Assembly: GCA_045863295.1 (NCBI GenBank)
Contig: BTWA01000015.1
Location: forward strand, 61,408 to 125,407
DNA from: Candidatus Hydrogenedentota bacterium
GTDB lineage: Bacteria > Hydrogenedentota > Hydrogenedentia > Hydrogenedentales > SLHB01
Direction: 5' to 3'
Length of the DNA: 64,000 bases
How positions within the stretch are numbered: position 1 is the stretch's first letter; each line of letters starts with the position of its first letter. The position numbers were made by a program, and so were the translations under genes. The notes beneath the pieces were generated by a model, which was not told the DNA's origin, ran no database searches, and worked only from the letters and a program-made list of their open reading frames with translations. Of this stretch, positions 54,440 through 63,998 are shown piece after piece.

Positions 54440-55029
54440 TTCTTGCCTCCGGTAAGGGCGTACACGCGCGCCCGGGCTGTTCTGATATGTCGCTGCGCTT
54501 CCTCGGCAGTCGCCAATCGCCCGTCCGTGTACATCTCCAGGGAAATTGGCGGACCAGGCCGGAAAATGACACCGTTTCCGGACCGGTGAATCTGATACGA
54601 TCTGCTTACCCACACGAGGCACGCTTCAAAGTTGGTCTTCACTCCACCCTCCACGGGTGGCGGGGCAGCATTCTCCGGAAGATGGGCTTCACGACGGCGG
54701 CTTGCCGCGTATGCCAGGTGTGGACATACACGCACGGCATACTCTGCACACGCCTGGTGACACGGCGGTTCGCCCGTAGTCCCTGTGATGCACGATATAG
54801 GGCCAATCACGAACGCGGGCTTGGAGACCACCGGATTGCCGCAGATCCAACAGTGTTTGGAATGCGTCCGTTGCACAGGCAGCCGGGTAAGCGGCTGTAT
54901 CGCCTCGGCCAGCTTATTCCCGTCCGCTATACGGAAGTCCGGCTTGCCGTCCACGATGGCAACAAACCAGGGAATGGGATAGCCGCGCGGATCCAACGGC
55001 AACCGGCGCATGGTGATGGGTAGTGTCAT
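54436..55029 (-). CDS. Cys-rich phage hypothetical protein
   Basis: DPRGYPIPWFV, CWICG, EPPCHQACAEYAVRVCPHL. Confidence 0.7.
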   Translation of the reverse strand: MTLPITMRRLPLDPRGYPIPWFVAIVDGKPDFRIADGNKLAEAIQPLTRLPVQRTHSKHCWICGNPVVSKPAFVIGPISCITGTTGEPPCHQACAEYAVRVCPHLAYAASRRREAHLPENAAPPPVEGGVKTNFEACLVWVSRSYQIHRSGNGVIFRPGPPISLEMYTDGRLATAEEAQRHIRTARARVYALTGGKK

Positions 55030-55394
55030 GCGCGTCGTTCCTTCTCGTAGCGCAGGAAGTCGCGAAACGAACCATCCCATGCGTCTTTCCACGACAGATA
55101 CCGCTCATAACGACGCTGCGAGCGGGAAACCTTGGGCGCGTCCGGACTCGCCTCTTTCATGGCCTTCTGGCCTGCCGGCGTCACCTGGAAGACAATCATC
55201 TTGTCGTTGGTCGATAATTGGCCGCGATCGACCATCAGGCCAGCAGCCACCAGGGCGCGGAGATCGTCAATTGCGTCTCCCTCCGGGTAGGTGCAGTAAT
55301 AGTTCCGATACGGGGTCTTCGGCAGTTGGCCGTATTTGTCCGCCCCGATCGAATGCTGCAAGATGTGGAGCTGGTCCGGTGTAAGGTCGATCAT
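55026..55394 (-). CDS. Winged-helix-like phage protein
   Basis: LHILQHSIG, YRNYYC, LVAAGLM, FQVTPAG. Confidence 0.65.
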   Translation of the reverse strand: MIDLTPDQLHILQHSIGADKYGQLPKTPYRNYYCTYPEGDAIDDLRALVAAGLMVDRGQLSTNDKMIVFQVTPAGQKAMKEASPDAPKVSRSQRRYERYLSWKDAWDGSFRDFLRYEKERRA

Positions 55395-55648
55395 TGCTTA
55401 CCGACTTTCTGTGACGGCGCGGGCAGATTCCCAAACTTCGCAAAGTGCTCAAGTAGGGGAAGAAGCTTCTTGACCATTTTTTGATTCAGGTGCATTGACG
55501 CTGATTTATCGCCGTTAAAATCGATGTTCACGCCAAAGTGAATGCAGTTGTCGGTTGCCAGACTGGATTCCTGGATGACGCAATGGGATCTATACTTGTC
55601 CTGGAACTCCGCGCGTCGAAACCCCCGATCGGTCTCGAATATCTTCAT
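55391..55648 (-). CDS. Small phage hypothetical protein
   Basis: RGF...EFQDKY...C.IQESSLA...IHFG...MHLNQ. Confidence 0.7.
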   Translation of the reverse strand: MKIFETDRGFRRAEFQDKYRSHCVIQESSLATDNCIHFGVNIDFNGDKSASMHLNQKMVKKLLPLLEHFAKFGNLPAPSQKVGKQ

Positions 55649-57354
55649 ATAACCGCCTTTCGTCTGTGAAGGTATTGTTCCGCCAAGCGCTTGATGCGCT
55701 CCGGATCCAGTTGCAGTTTCTCGACCAGGGGCGCAGACGGGTCGTTCACGCCCTTGGCCTGGGTAGCTTTCACGCCAAGCACATCGCCCACGATGGGATC
55801 TGACCCGTGGTTGGCCAGCAGGTAATAGCTCATGACGGGATTCGGCTGGCCATCCCGGTACACGCGCCCCTCGCACTGCTCGTGGCATGCCGGCGTCCAG
55901 TCGAGTTCCCCGAACACGGTCGTGCTGCAAACATGCTGGAGACCGTCCAGGCCCGCACCCGCACGCAGGGAGACAATCAGTACCTTCGAACTCCCCCGGA
56001 TGAATGCCCGCTTGGATGCCTCTTTCTGTGTGGGGGATTCGCTTCCCGTGAACATGACCGGGGTGAACTCTTTCAACCGTTCAAGCCAGATGGAATACAC
56101 TTCGCGGTGCCAACCGTAAAGCACGACCGGATCCCCGTTCTCCACAATCATCCGGACAAACTCCGCGACATACGGCGCTTTCGCAATCCCCGTCGCCTGG
56201 CGCACGAGGTTGGATAACTCGCTCGATGCCTGCATCTGTGCACCGCGGGAAACGGTATTCGCTGACAGAATGACCTTCGCCAACTCCGTGGCAGCCGACT
56301 CCACCCTATGCAGATGTTCCAAATCACAATCCACGAAGTGAGAAATGCGGGATAGACCAGGCAGCTCGCGCCCAACATCCTTCCGGGTGCGGCGGATCAT
56401 CAGGCCCGCATCACGCAGGTAGGAACCAAATCCGGCCGGGTTCTTCACACGGCGTCGGCCCATGTAGTCCGCCTGGTGGCACCATTCGACGTTGAACTCG
56501 TCGCGCGTACCCAATGCCCCCGGGGTGATGCACTCCAAAACACTGTGCATCTCGTCGCCGAAATTGAAGATGGGCGTAGCGGTCAGTCCCACACGTAACC
56601 CGCAATGATCAGCGATATGCTTCGCCGCCGCGTACTTGTTCGAGTCCGGCCGCCTCAATTCCTGGGCCTCGTCGAATATCACGGACTTCACGATAGGCGC
56701 CAGCGTCTCCGCCCACCCATCCAATTTGTGGTAGTTCGTGATGATTACATCCGGGAGCTTGTTGAATAGATCCGCTTGGGCGGTATTCCGTCTGCGGGTC
56801 GCCGTCAAATCGTAGGGTGTTCCCTTCTTGAGAATGTGCGTGGACATGCCCGTGAACTTCTGGATCTGTTCTGCCCACTGCCACGGCAAGGACGTGAGCG
56901 TGACCACCAGCGCAGGGCGACGGGCCTCCTCCAGGAGCGTGCATATCCCCGTAATGGTTTTCCCAAGCCCGACGTCGTCGGCAATCAAGAGCCCGCCCGT
57001 GGCCAGTGCCATTTCCGCCGCAACTTGCTGGTAGGTACGCGGGGGTAAAAGCATCGAGAATTCGCGCGGCTGCCGGGCTCCTGACAGTAACTGATCGATG
57101 AGACTCTCGCGGTCCCGGTGTTTGGCCGCGTTCTCCCGCAACCGGGCCGCTGTATCGGCATCCATCGAGAGTGGGAACCGCTCCATGAACCATTCCAGTT
57201 CCCGGCACACTTCGATCGTGTCGGCGATGGTCACCGCCCCGTACCGGCTGTGGTCCGTTTTCGGAAATACGCGCTTCAACCGCATATTCACGTGGGGAGC
57301 GGCGTGGATAGTCCAAAAGCCGTTCTGGAAACTAACTGTCCCGAACGTCTTCAT
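55645..57354 (-). CDS. SNF2-family helicase/ATPase
   Basis: ADDVGLGKT, FDEAQE, LTATP, GAGLDGLQ, QCEGRVYRDGQ. Confidence 0.9.
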   Translation of the reverse strand: MKTFGTVSFQNGFWTIHAAPHVNMRLKRVFPKTDHSRYGAVTIADTIEVCRELEWFMERFPLSMDADTAARLRENAAKHRDRESLIDQLLSGARQPREFSMLLPPRTYQQVAAEMALATGGLLIADDVGLGKTITGICTLLEEARRPALVVTLTSLPWQWAEQIQKFTGMSTHILKKGTPYDLTATRRRNTAQADLFNKLPDVIITNYHKLDGWAETLAPIVKSVIFDEAQELRRPDSNKYAAAKHIADHCGLRVGLTATPIFNFGDEMHSVLECITPGALGTRDEFNVEWCHQADYMGRRRVKNPAGFGSYLRDAGLMIRRTRKDVGRELPGLSRISHFVDCDLEHLHRVESAATELAKVILSANTVSRGAQMQASSELSNLVRQATGIAKAPYVAEFVRMIVENGDPVVLYGWHREVYSIWLERLKEFTPVMFTGSESPTQKEASKRAFIRGSSKVLIVSLRAGAGLDGLQHVCSTTVFGELDWTPACHEQCEGRVYRDGQPNPVMSYYLLANHGSDPIVGDVLGVKATQAKGVNDPSAPLVEKLQLDPERIKRLAEQYLHRRKAVI

Positions 57355-57854
57355 ATCCCGCCCCCGACAAGTGCTACGTGCACAGGAACGCCGGCGAGTA
57401 TTTCAGGCAACCGGCACAATCCCATGCGGGATGTCACGACCAGGATGGATTTCAGGAAAGGTGCGCCCTGGCTCTCGTCCTGTCCCTGGGCATATCGGTG
57501 CAGTTGACGCACCAGGTCAGACAGTCCTCCGCCCGTTTTCACTTCGACGCCAACACGGCCTACGTCGCTGGTGAACACGAGGAAGTCCAGACGATCATTG
57601 GGTGACATCCGAAATTCACGGATCCAAGGCACTTGATTCTCTGTAAAGAGATGCTTTAACCCGTTTTGGAGTTCGCTCTCACACTGGAAGTGGAACGTAT
57701 GCCCTTCGATAAGGGCAACCAACTGCCCCAGGTCGGGTGCGGGACAGTTCGGCATACTTATTTCGTCGAACAGGGGCTTGCCAATCGCCTCGCCTAAGGC
57801 GTTCACAAGTCTCAAATCTCTGGCGAAATCGGTACGGGACTGTGTTTCACTCAT
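57351..57854 (-). CDS. PD-(D/E)xK nuclease-like protein coupled to the SNF2 helicase
   Basis: E..LQ, RE, RLDFLV, GVEVK, QLHRYA. Confidence 0.7.
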   Translation of the reverse strand: MSETQSRTDFARDLRLVNALGEAIGKPLFDEISMPNCPAPDLGQLVALIEGHTFHFQCESELQNGLKHLFTENQVPWIREFRMSPNDRLDFLVFTSDVGRVGVEVKTGGGLSDLVRQLHRYAQGQDESQGAPFLKSILVVTSRMGLCRLPEILAGVPVHVALVGGGI

Positions 57855-58156
57855 GGCGTGCATACCCGGGTTTCGTACCGGATATCCGCCACCAGCTCGC
57901 TCAACCGCTTGTCTCCTTTGACGTGCAGTTCAACGTAGTCGCAGATTCTGTCGAGCAATGCATAGCACCGTTCGATCTTTACCTCGGCATCCATCGCTTC
58001 GTCTTCTAAATCGTCTATCTTTGAGCCCATGCGCTCCATGGCGCGTTCGGTGGCGCGTGTTTCATCCCTGGCGGAATCGGCGCGCGAATTCGCATTCCTC
58101 AGTTTCTGGTCCAACAACCCGTGCAACCAGCCGTGCGCAATTGTTTCAGCTTCCAT
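57851..58156 (-). CDS. Hypothetical coiled-coil protein
   Basis: GGAGG RBS, coupled. Confidence 0.55.
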   Translation of the reverse strand: MEAETIAHGWLHGLLDQKLRNANSRADSARDETRATERAMERMGSKIDDLEDEAMDAEVKIERCYALLDRICDYVELHVKGDKRLSELVADIRYETRVCTP

Positions 58157-58421
58157 TGAGTAACCCCTCCGATATCTCGTCGCGTACGAAATCCAAGACC
58201 GCCCCAATATCCTCCGGCGCGTAACACTGATGAGGCGGGAACCAGTGCTCCGTGCCTACCATCCGCACCCATCCGCGCACCACGTCCTCGACGACGCCCC
58301 ACAGGAGAAACCCGGTATCCACGATCAGGACCGGATCCCCCGCCTGCGGGTTCGCGAGTGGGTATGCGCGATCGGACCGAGCGGGCCCGAAGGCCACGAT
58401 GTTGGGTGCGGACGAACTCAT
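58146..58421 (-). CDS. Hypothetical protein (SH3-like pattern)
   Basis: GDPVLI...GVVEDV..GWVR; ATGA coupling. Confidence 0.55.
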   Translation of the reverse strand: MSSSAPNIVAFGPARSDRAYPLANPQAGDPVLIVDTGFLLWGVVEDVVRGWVRMVGTEHWFPPHQCYAPEDIGAVLDFVRDEISEGLLNGS

Positions 58422-59296
58422 GCCGCTGACTCCCGGGATTCCTCCGGGAACCCTTTCAGAACGCCGTCCGCGCGTTGGAACGCCTGCATGATGTCGTTCC
58501 ACTTGCCGTGGAATCCGCACGTGGTGCCGTTATCCTCGAACCCAAACGCGGCAATCAGGTCAGCCAACGCGCCTCGCAACCGATCCCGCTCGTTTCGAAG
58601 GTCGCCCACGTTGCCAATCGCCTTGTTATAGGCAGCATGGGTCTTCGTGCTGGCCACGGCCGCATCCAAGTCGCGTAGGAACTCGGCATTGACAATGGAA
58701 CGTCTGCGATCGCTTAGATCGTGTTTCTCGCCAGCCATCACCTTGGCCATGCGCTCACGAATGACGGCCAACCCTATGATTAACTCGCCGAACATCACTT
58801 CCACGGTCCGGAGACGCTCCAGCTCGCGGTCTGTCTGGTCCATTGAATCGTCAAAATGGTTATACGTGTCCAGTGCTGCCTGAGATTCTTCGATTGCTTC
58901 CTGTAACGACTTAATCGTTCGAATCGCCCAGGTACCGCCCTGGCCATCATAAGGTTCGAATTCGCGAAAGTGCTCTTTCAGGTAGTTGAGCATTTCCTGA
59001 TATGCGGCTTCGCGCGGCGTTCCGACAGGTAGGTCACAAGCAGGGTAATTAGTTTGAAGTGACTTAATGAGTCCTTCCTTAGCTTGCCCCAATGATTCCT
59101 CAAGCGAGTCAACTTTGGCATTCGCCTTATGGAGCGCGGTCTCCACAGCGCTCAATTGGTTGTCCATCCAGGTCTTGGTAAAAAGCTTGCGCGCGTGCCT
59201 GGCCTCGTCCGTGGCCTTTTGTAGAGCCACGTCCCGGTCCGTTCCGAGACTCAGGTAGTGCGCGTAACGGTGAATGATGAACTCGCGCCTGGTCAT
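58418..59296 (-). CDS. Hypothetical coiled-coil protein
   Basis: ATGA coupling to the ParB gene. Confidence 0.6.
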   Translation of the reverse strand: MTRREFIIHRYAHYLSLGTDRDVALQKATDEARHARKLFTKTWMDNQLSAVETALHKANAKVDSLEESLGQAKEGLIKSLQTNYPACDLPVGTPREAAYQEMLNYLKEHFREFEPYDGQGGTWAIRTIKSLQEAIEESQAALDTYNHFDDSMDQTDRELERLRTVEVMFGELIIGLAVIRERMAKVMAGEKHDLSDRRRSIVNAEFLRDLDAAVASTKTHAAYNKAIGNVGDLRNERDRLRGALADLIAAFGFEDNGTTCGFHGKWNDIMQAFQRADGVLKGFPEESRESAA

Positions 59297-61209
59297 GACG
59301 CCACCGCCTTCCGGCCGCGCTTCTTCTCGCTCTTCTTGCCCTGTGCATACTTCGGCGGATCGGTCTTTCCTTCCACCTTGCACTTCGTGCAAAGGGTCTT
59401 GGTTTCATCCGTCCAGGAACACGGATAGGGATCGCCCATCTCGTCTTCAATCATGCAGGCATGGTTTTCCGTGCAACCACAGACGCGGCACGTGCCAGCA
59501 GGATCGGTTTCGGTCTCCCCTTCCTCTTCGCCGTCGTCGAAGAACCCGTCCTTGGCCTTCTTCTTCCTGGTGGATTTTGCCTTCGCCTTTACCCCGGCTT
59601 TGGTTTTGGCTTTAGCGCCATTCACCTTGGCCTTCGTTTCTGACTTTGCTTTTCCATTCCCTTTGGCTTCGGCTTCCAGTTTCGCCCAGGATTTGGGTTC
59701 TTTCTTTTCCGTGCACGCCTCGTCCCACCAGGCTTGGTAAGAGACATGGAAGAAGTCGCACATCATCCGTAACCCGTCTTCATCGATTTTGGGTAGGTGT
59801 GATGGGGGACGATTCAGGATTCCGCTTAGATTCAGCGCCAGGACTTCCAGGGATGACCGGAACAGCATCGTCAAGAGTTCGGACTGGGGTTTCTTCTCGA
59901 AGTCCTTCACCAACCGCATGGATGTCGTGTCGTTCTGGTCAACGTCATAATTGGTGAGTAGATCGATTATGTAATCCCGCGCAGTCCCGTGAGCAGCTAC
60001 AAAAGCCAGCATCCCTGCGTCGTCCGCCTGGAACTTGGGTGCTTCGATCAGGTTATTGATGTACTCCAGGAACTTGCGGACAACCAGGTGGTACCGGGTG
60101 ATGTGGAGCACCTGCCTCTTTTGCTTCAACGCAACGGCAGGCGTTACGGGTTTTGGGCTTGTTGCACCTGATCTCGACGACAGTTTCTTGACATACTCAA
60201 TTTGACCGGCGTTGTTTCCGTCCGCGTACACCGCCTTCACGGCGCCTTTATCGCTTTTCTTGCAGGTCGTGTACCCCGCCCCATACCTGTAGACAAGGCT
60301 CTTGTCCGGATGGTTGTATTCCGTCGTGAACACCACGGCATCCGGGTTCTTTGCCTTCAAGTCGGCTACGCGCTGTCGGGTCCATGCTGTCTTCTTCTTT
60401 TCCCAACAACTCGCATCCAGGCATCGGGCATCCGAGTGTCCCTTGGGCCGCTTCCGTTCCTCGAACTCGTCTCGGTCAAACAGTTCCGGTTGGCAGTCCG
60501 TCCGCTTCTTGCACGTGGAACAGGGGCCGGCAGCCGGTACCAAGGCCGCATCATCCATCTTCCACGGCGCAGCGGCAATCAGCGTACTGTTGTTGGCGAT
60601 CATCCACGTAATGTTTGGCGGTGTCGGGATAGTCCCATTTCCGTGATACCGCTGCTTGATGATCGACAGGATTTTATCCTGTAAGAACTCCGGCAGCCGC
60701 GCGATCTTTTCCAACACGACCGCGCCAAGGTAACCAGGATTCTTTTCCAGAAACTTCTTCCAAGCTCCTGAGAGAGAAAGGATCTTCACGCGCCGCGACA
60801 CCCACTTCGAGTTCTTCCCGAGCTTATCGGCGATCTCCTCATAGGTCCACCCCACCTTCATCATTTCGTCGACGGCGTGGGCGGATTCCATCGGTGTCGG
60901 GTCGTAGCGATCCTTGTTCTCGCTGAACGTCGCGGCCACCGCTTCTTTGTCGGAAATGTCACGGACAATCACAGGGACCGCATCCAGTTCCGCGATCTGT
61001 GCCGCTCGCCAGCGGCCTTCGCCTGCGACTATTTCCACCAGATCGTGGTGTACGGGCCGCGCAATGATCGGCTGGATCATCCCCTGGCCTTTGATGGACG
61101 CAGCGAGTTCTTTCAATTCCGGATGTTTGCGCCAATCGTCCGGATACTTCCGGTTCCAAGGATTGGGCCGGAGATTGGTTGTTTTAACTATTTGTACGGA
61201 TTCACTCAT
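59293..61209 (-). CDS. ParB/RepB/Spo0J family protein with a C-terminal Cys-rich domain
   Basis: LAASIKGQGMIQPIIAR, IVAGEGRWRAA, SEN..R.D..PME, HTH, C-terminal CRVCGCTENHAC...CSW...LCTKC. Confidence 0.85.
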   Translation of the reverse strand: MSESVQIVKTTNLRPNPWNRKYPDDWRKHPELKELAASIKGQGMIQPIIARPVHHDLVEIVAGEGRWRAAQIAELDAVPVIVRDISDKEAVAATFSENKDRYDPTPMESAHAVDEMMKVGWTYEEIADKLGKNSKWVSRRVKILSLSGAWKKFLEKNPGYLGAVVLEKIARLPEFLQDKILSIIKQRYHGNGTIPTPPNITWMIANNSTLIAAAPWKMDDAALVPAAGPCSTCKKRTDCQPELFDRDEFEERKRPKGHSDARCLDASCWEKKKTAWTRQRVADLKAKNPDAVVFTTEYNHPDKSLVYRYGAGYTTCKKSDKGAVKAVYADGNNAGQIEYVKKLSSRSGATSPKPVTPAVALKQKRQVLHITRYHLVVRKFLEYINNLIEAPKFQADDAGMLAFVAAHGTARDYIIDLLTNYDVDQNDTTSMRLVKDFEKKPQSELLTMLFRSSLEVLALNLSGILNRPPSHLPKIDEDGLRMMCDFFHVSYQAWWDEACTEKKEPKSWAKLEAEAKGNGKAKSETKAKVNGAKAKTKAGVKAKAKSTRKKKAKDGFFDDGEEEGETETDPAGTCRVCGCTENHACMIEDEMGDPYPCSWTDETKTLCTKCKVEGKTDPPKYAQGKKSEKKRGRKAVAS

Positions 61210-61412
61210 AGTCCCCTCTTCTTGCATTCGTTGCAGGTATCGGCTTCCAATGGGTCGAAGTGACCCGTGTTCTTCCGCTTCCGGCAGACCGTGCACATCT
61301 TCAGCGGCCGTCCGCCAAACCGCTCCATACAGGTGCGGCATACAGTGCCCGAGGCGAACTCCGCCTTGGGCTTCACTACTCCGCAACCGTCGCACAACGA
61401 TTCGCGTTCCAT
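61206..61412 (-). CDS. 68-aa double zinc-finger protein
   Basis: Four CxxC motifs; AAGGAG RBS. Confidence 0.65.
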   Translation of the reverse strand: MERESLCDGCGVVKPKAEFASGTVCRTCMERFGGRPLKMCTVCRKRKNTGHFDPLEADTCNECKKRGL

Positions 61413-61422
61413 ACGTCTCCTT

Positions 61423-61446
61423 GGCAGCCCGGTTGCCCGGGCTGCC
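61423..61446. terminator. GC-rich hairpin
   Basis: GGCAGCCCGG-ttgc-CCGGGCTGCC, intergenic, no T-tract. Confidence 0.4.
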
Positions 61447-61463
61447 CCACGAATCACGTTGCG

Positions 61464-61799
61464 CTAGGCCGAGGCCTTCTGAGGAGAAGTGCTCACACCC
61501 ACAGTGTTCACTCCATCGGGCGGCGACTGGATCGGCGATTTCGGTCCGCTATCCATGTACTTCTTCATTTCGAGATAAGCGAGCAGTCCACCGATGTGGT
61601 TGAACTGTTTTTTCTTGAACAGTTCCCGCTCATACCAGGTCATGGACGCATAGGCGGCCTTCGCATCCAGTAGATCAGCCAGTTTCTTTTGACCCATCTG
61701 GAGTGCGTCGACTGTCTCCTTGATCTCCGCGTCCAACCTCTCTTCGAGCGGTCCGAGCGGTCGCCTGTCCTCTCCCATTAGCGCTTCCAGTAAGTTCAT
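61464..61799 (-). CDS. Hypothetical protein
   Basis: AAGGAG RBS before ATG 61799. Confidence 0.6.
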   Translation of the reverse strand: MNLLEALMGEDRRPLGPLEERLDAEIKETVDALQMGQKKLADLLDAKAAYASMTWYERELFKKKQFNHIGGLLAYLEMKKYMDSGPKSPIQSPPDGVNTVGVSTSPQKASA

Positions 61800-61830
61800 G
61801 CTTGTCTCCTTCTGTCCGTCAGGACGTTTC

Positions 61831-63741
61831 TTACGCCACCGCTTCGTGCGGCGCGGTTTTGCCGTCTTGAAACCAGCGCACGTCAATACCCAACCCTTCG
61901 GTCCAGGCGCGCGTGTCTGGCTGTTCGATCTCTTCGTTACCCCACGCCGCGGCGGCAATCAGCGAATGCGATCCGCCCTGCATCAGATCCCGAAACTTCG
62001 GCCGGTTGACGTTGTCCAACTGCTCGATTCCGTCCAGTAACGCGGGGCCAGCGTCGAACGCCCTGGTTACAGCCAACTGAGCCAGGATCAGTTCGCCGTT
62101 CGAAACTCGCGACATGGGCGCGGTACGGCCATTGGGCGACGTGAGATACACGCCCATGTCCTTGCCGTCGTTCCGGACAGAGAGGGAATACCCGAACGGG
62201 GTGAGTACGGCGTTGCAGGCATCACGAAATTTCTGGAGGCTCTTCTCGATCTCGCGGTTCTGGTAGGTGCGGTCCCGGAAGCATTTCACCGCCCAATCGA
62301 GGTTACACTGAATCTCGGTCTCGACCGTGATGCGTTGGCTCAACGCATCCGCTTTGATTGCGGTATCCAGGGAGTTGAGCTTTTCTTGACCACGTTCGAT
62401 TGACGCCTGCACGTCCGCAATCTCGGCCTCGATGGCTTCCACGCTGCGCTTGGGCGCAGTACATCCGTTGAGAGCGGTAATACGCGCCTTGAGCGAGGCA
62501 ATGTCCGTGCTGGCTGCGTACCAGTCGCCTTCGGCTACCTCTTTTTCTGCCTCAGTGCTTTCCAGTTCGCGCTCCACCTTGGCAATCTCGCTCTCCGGTT
62601 CCGCCAGGAGCGCCTTGAGCTTTTCCAGTTCCGGTGTTTCGTGTTCAATCGCACGCCGGGCCTGCGCCTGCTTCTGCGCTATCTCCGTCGATTCCAAAGG
62701 ACGGTTGCACATAAGACACACGCCACCGGCTTCCAAGTCGCGGTTGGCCTCCGCTATCCGCGCTTCAATCTCTGCAATCTGCGTTGGGAGGGAACCCCGC
62801 CGCCCTTCGAGAGTTTTCAGACGGTTGCGGAGAATCTCCAGCCGTGTCTTGGTTACCTGTTTGCGATCAGCCGCATTCGACAACCGCCGTTCAGCATCGG
62901 CGAGATCCTTATTGAGTTCGTCGGCGCTCTCGGTTTGCACTCCGCGATCCTGGTACGCCTGGGCCGCGCCCAACTCCTGATTCAGACGATTCAACCCTTC
63001 CTGGAGCTCGGTAATGAATGCCTGTACGTCGGGCCGTTCATCCGCCGTCATTCGGCGTTCGCCGTCGAGGGGAAACTCCGCATCTCGGATCGGCATCAAC
63101 TCCGCCTGCAAATCCTTCACGGTCTTGTTGGATACCGTGCGCTGCGTGTACGCCGCTTTCCCGATGGCGTCCAGACCCGCTACCGAACTGAGGATAAGTT
63201 CCTGTTCGGCTGCGTAGGTCTTGAGCCAGTCAAAACGAGCGGCACAGAACTTGGCCAATGCCTCTTGGTCGATGGTCCCGGTTAACCGCGCAAGCGTGTC
63301 GCTTGTCTTACCCAGGAGAACGGTGCACGGCGATATACATGCTTCGTAGAACGCGGGGTCGACGCCCAGGAGTTCCGCGATTCGGTCTGCAACCGAATCT
63401 GATCCAAACGTCTTCGTTTTCCCGGTCGCGTTCGTGAGTTTGTAGGTGGCTTTCCCGGATTGGATGTCCGCCGACAACGCGTAGTGGCGATCGTCGATCT
63501 TGAAGTGGGAAGACAACTCGCACTTCCCCTTCCCGTCTTCAACCAACTCGCCAAACGGAATGGCGCGGCGCAACCGGTCGTAGCAGCGGCCGGCGTACAA
63601 CTGTTCGATGGCCATCAATAACGAGGATTTGCCATCCCCGTTCATACCGAGCACGAACACGTTCTGGTCCAGGCTGCCGATCTCGTAGTCGCCCAAACCG
63701 GCGAACCGGCTTGCTTTGAAACTGAGTATCTGGATCCCCAT
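61831..63741 (-). CDS. SbcC/Rad50-like ATPase
   Basis: GMNGDGKSS Walker A, long coiled coil with central CLMC zinc hook, VSNGE signature, ALLDGIE Walker B. Confidence 0.85.
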   Translation of the reverse strand: MGIQILSFKASRFAGLGDYEIGSLDQNVFVLGMNGDGKSSLLMAIEQLYAGRCYDRLRRAIPFGELVEDGKGKCELSSHFKIDDRHYALSADIQSGKATYKLTNATGKTKTFGSDSVADRIAELLGVDPAFYEACISPCTVLLGKTSDTLARLTGTIDQEALAKFCAARFDWLKTYAAEQELILSSVAGLDAIGKAAYTQRTVSNKTVKDLQAELMPIRDAEFPLDGERRMTADERPDVQAFITELQEGLNRLNQELGAAQAYQDRGVQTESADELNKDLADAERRLSNAADRKQVTKTRLEILRNRLKTLEGRRGSLPTQIAEIEARIAEANRDLEAGGVCLMCNRPLESTEIAQKQAQARRAIEHETPELEKLKALLAEPESEIAKVERELESTEAEKEVAEGDWYAASTDIASLKARITALNGCTAPKRSVEAIEAEIADVQASIERGQEKLNSLDTAIKADALSQRITVETEIQCNLDWAVKCFRDRTYQNREIEKSLQKFRDACNAVLTPFGYSLSVRNDGKDMGVYLTSPNGRTAPMSRVSNGELILAQLAVTRAFDAGPALLDGIEQLDNVNRPKFRDLMQGGSHSLIAAAAWGNEEIEQPDTRAWTEGLGIDVRWFQDGKTAPHEAVA

Positions 63742-63743
63742 GG

Positions 63744-63998
63744 CTATTTGCCCTTACTGTGTTTAGGTTCAACGGCTTCAAATTCGTATTTATCGTTGAG
63801 TCGATAAGGAGTGTTCGGGAGTAGTCCGCCTTCGCCGATATATCCAGTCTTGATTCGACGACGAACGGCTATATGATCCCAATAGGCGATCTGAATGATC
63901 CCGCTGTAACCGGCAGTGGCTTGCCCGCTGTAACCGGCAGTGGCTTGCCCGCTGTAACCGGCAGTGGCTTGCCCTCTGTCACCGGCAGTGGCTTGCCC
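63744..63998 (-). CDS. 3' end of a phage octapeptide-repeat protein (GQATAGxx), truncated by the window edge
   Basis: Not in the ORF track. GQATAGDR-(GQATAGYS)3-GIIQIAYWD...IKTGYIGEGGLLPNTPYRLND...; stop 2 bp before the next ATG. Confidence 0.75.
   Translation of the reverse strand, partial: GQATAGDRGQATAGYSGQATAGYSGQATAGYSGIIQIAYWDHIAVRRRIKTGYIGEGGLLPNTPYRLNDKYEFEAVEPKHSKGK

Noticed and set aside
16100..63300. Numerous plus-strand ORFs in the prophage (e.g. 40304..41578, 42665..43633, 29146..30030)
   Set aside because: Antisense shadows of GC-rich minus-strand genes, with no motifs or RBS
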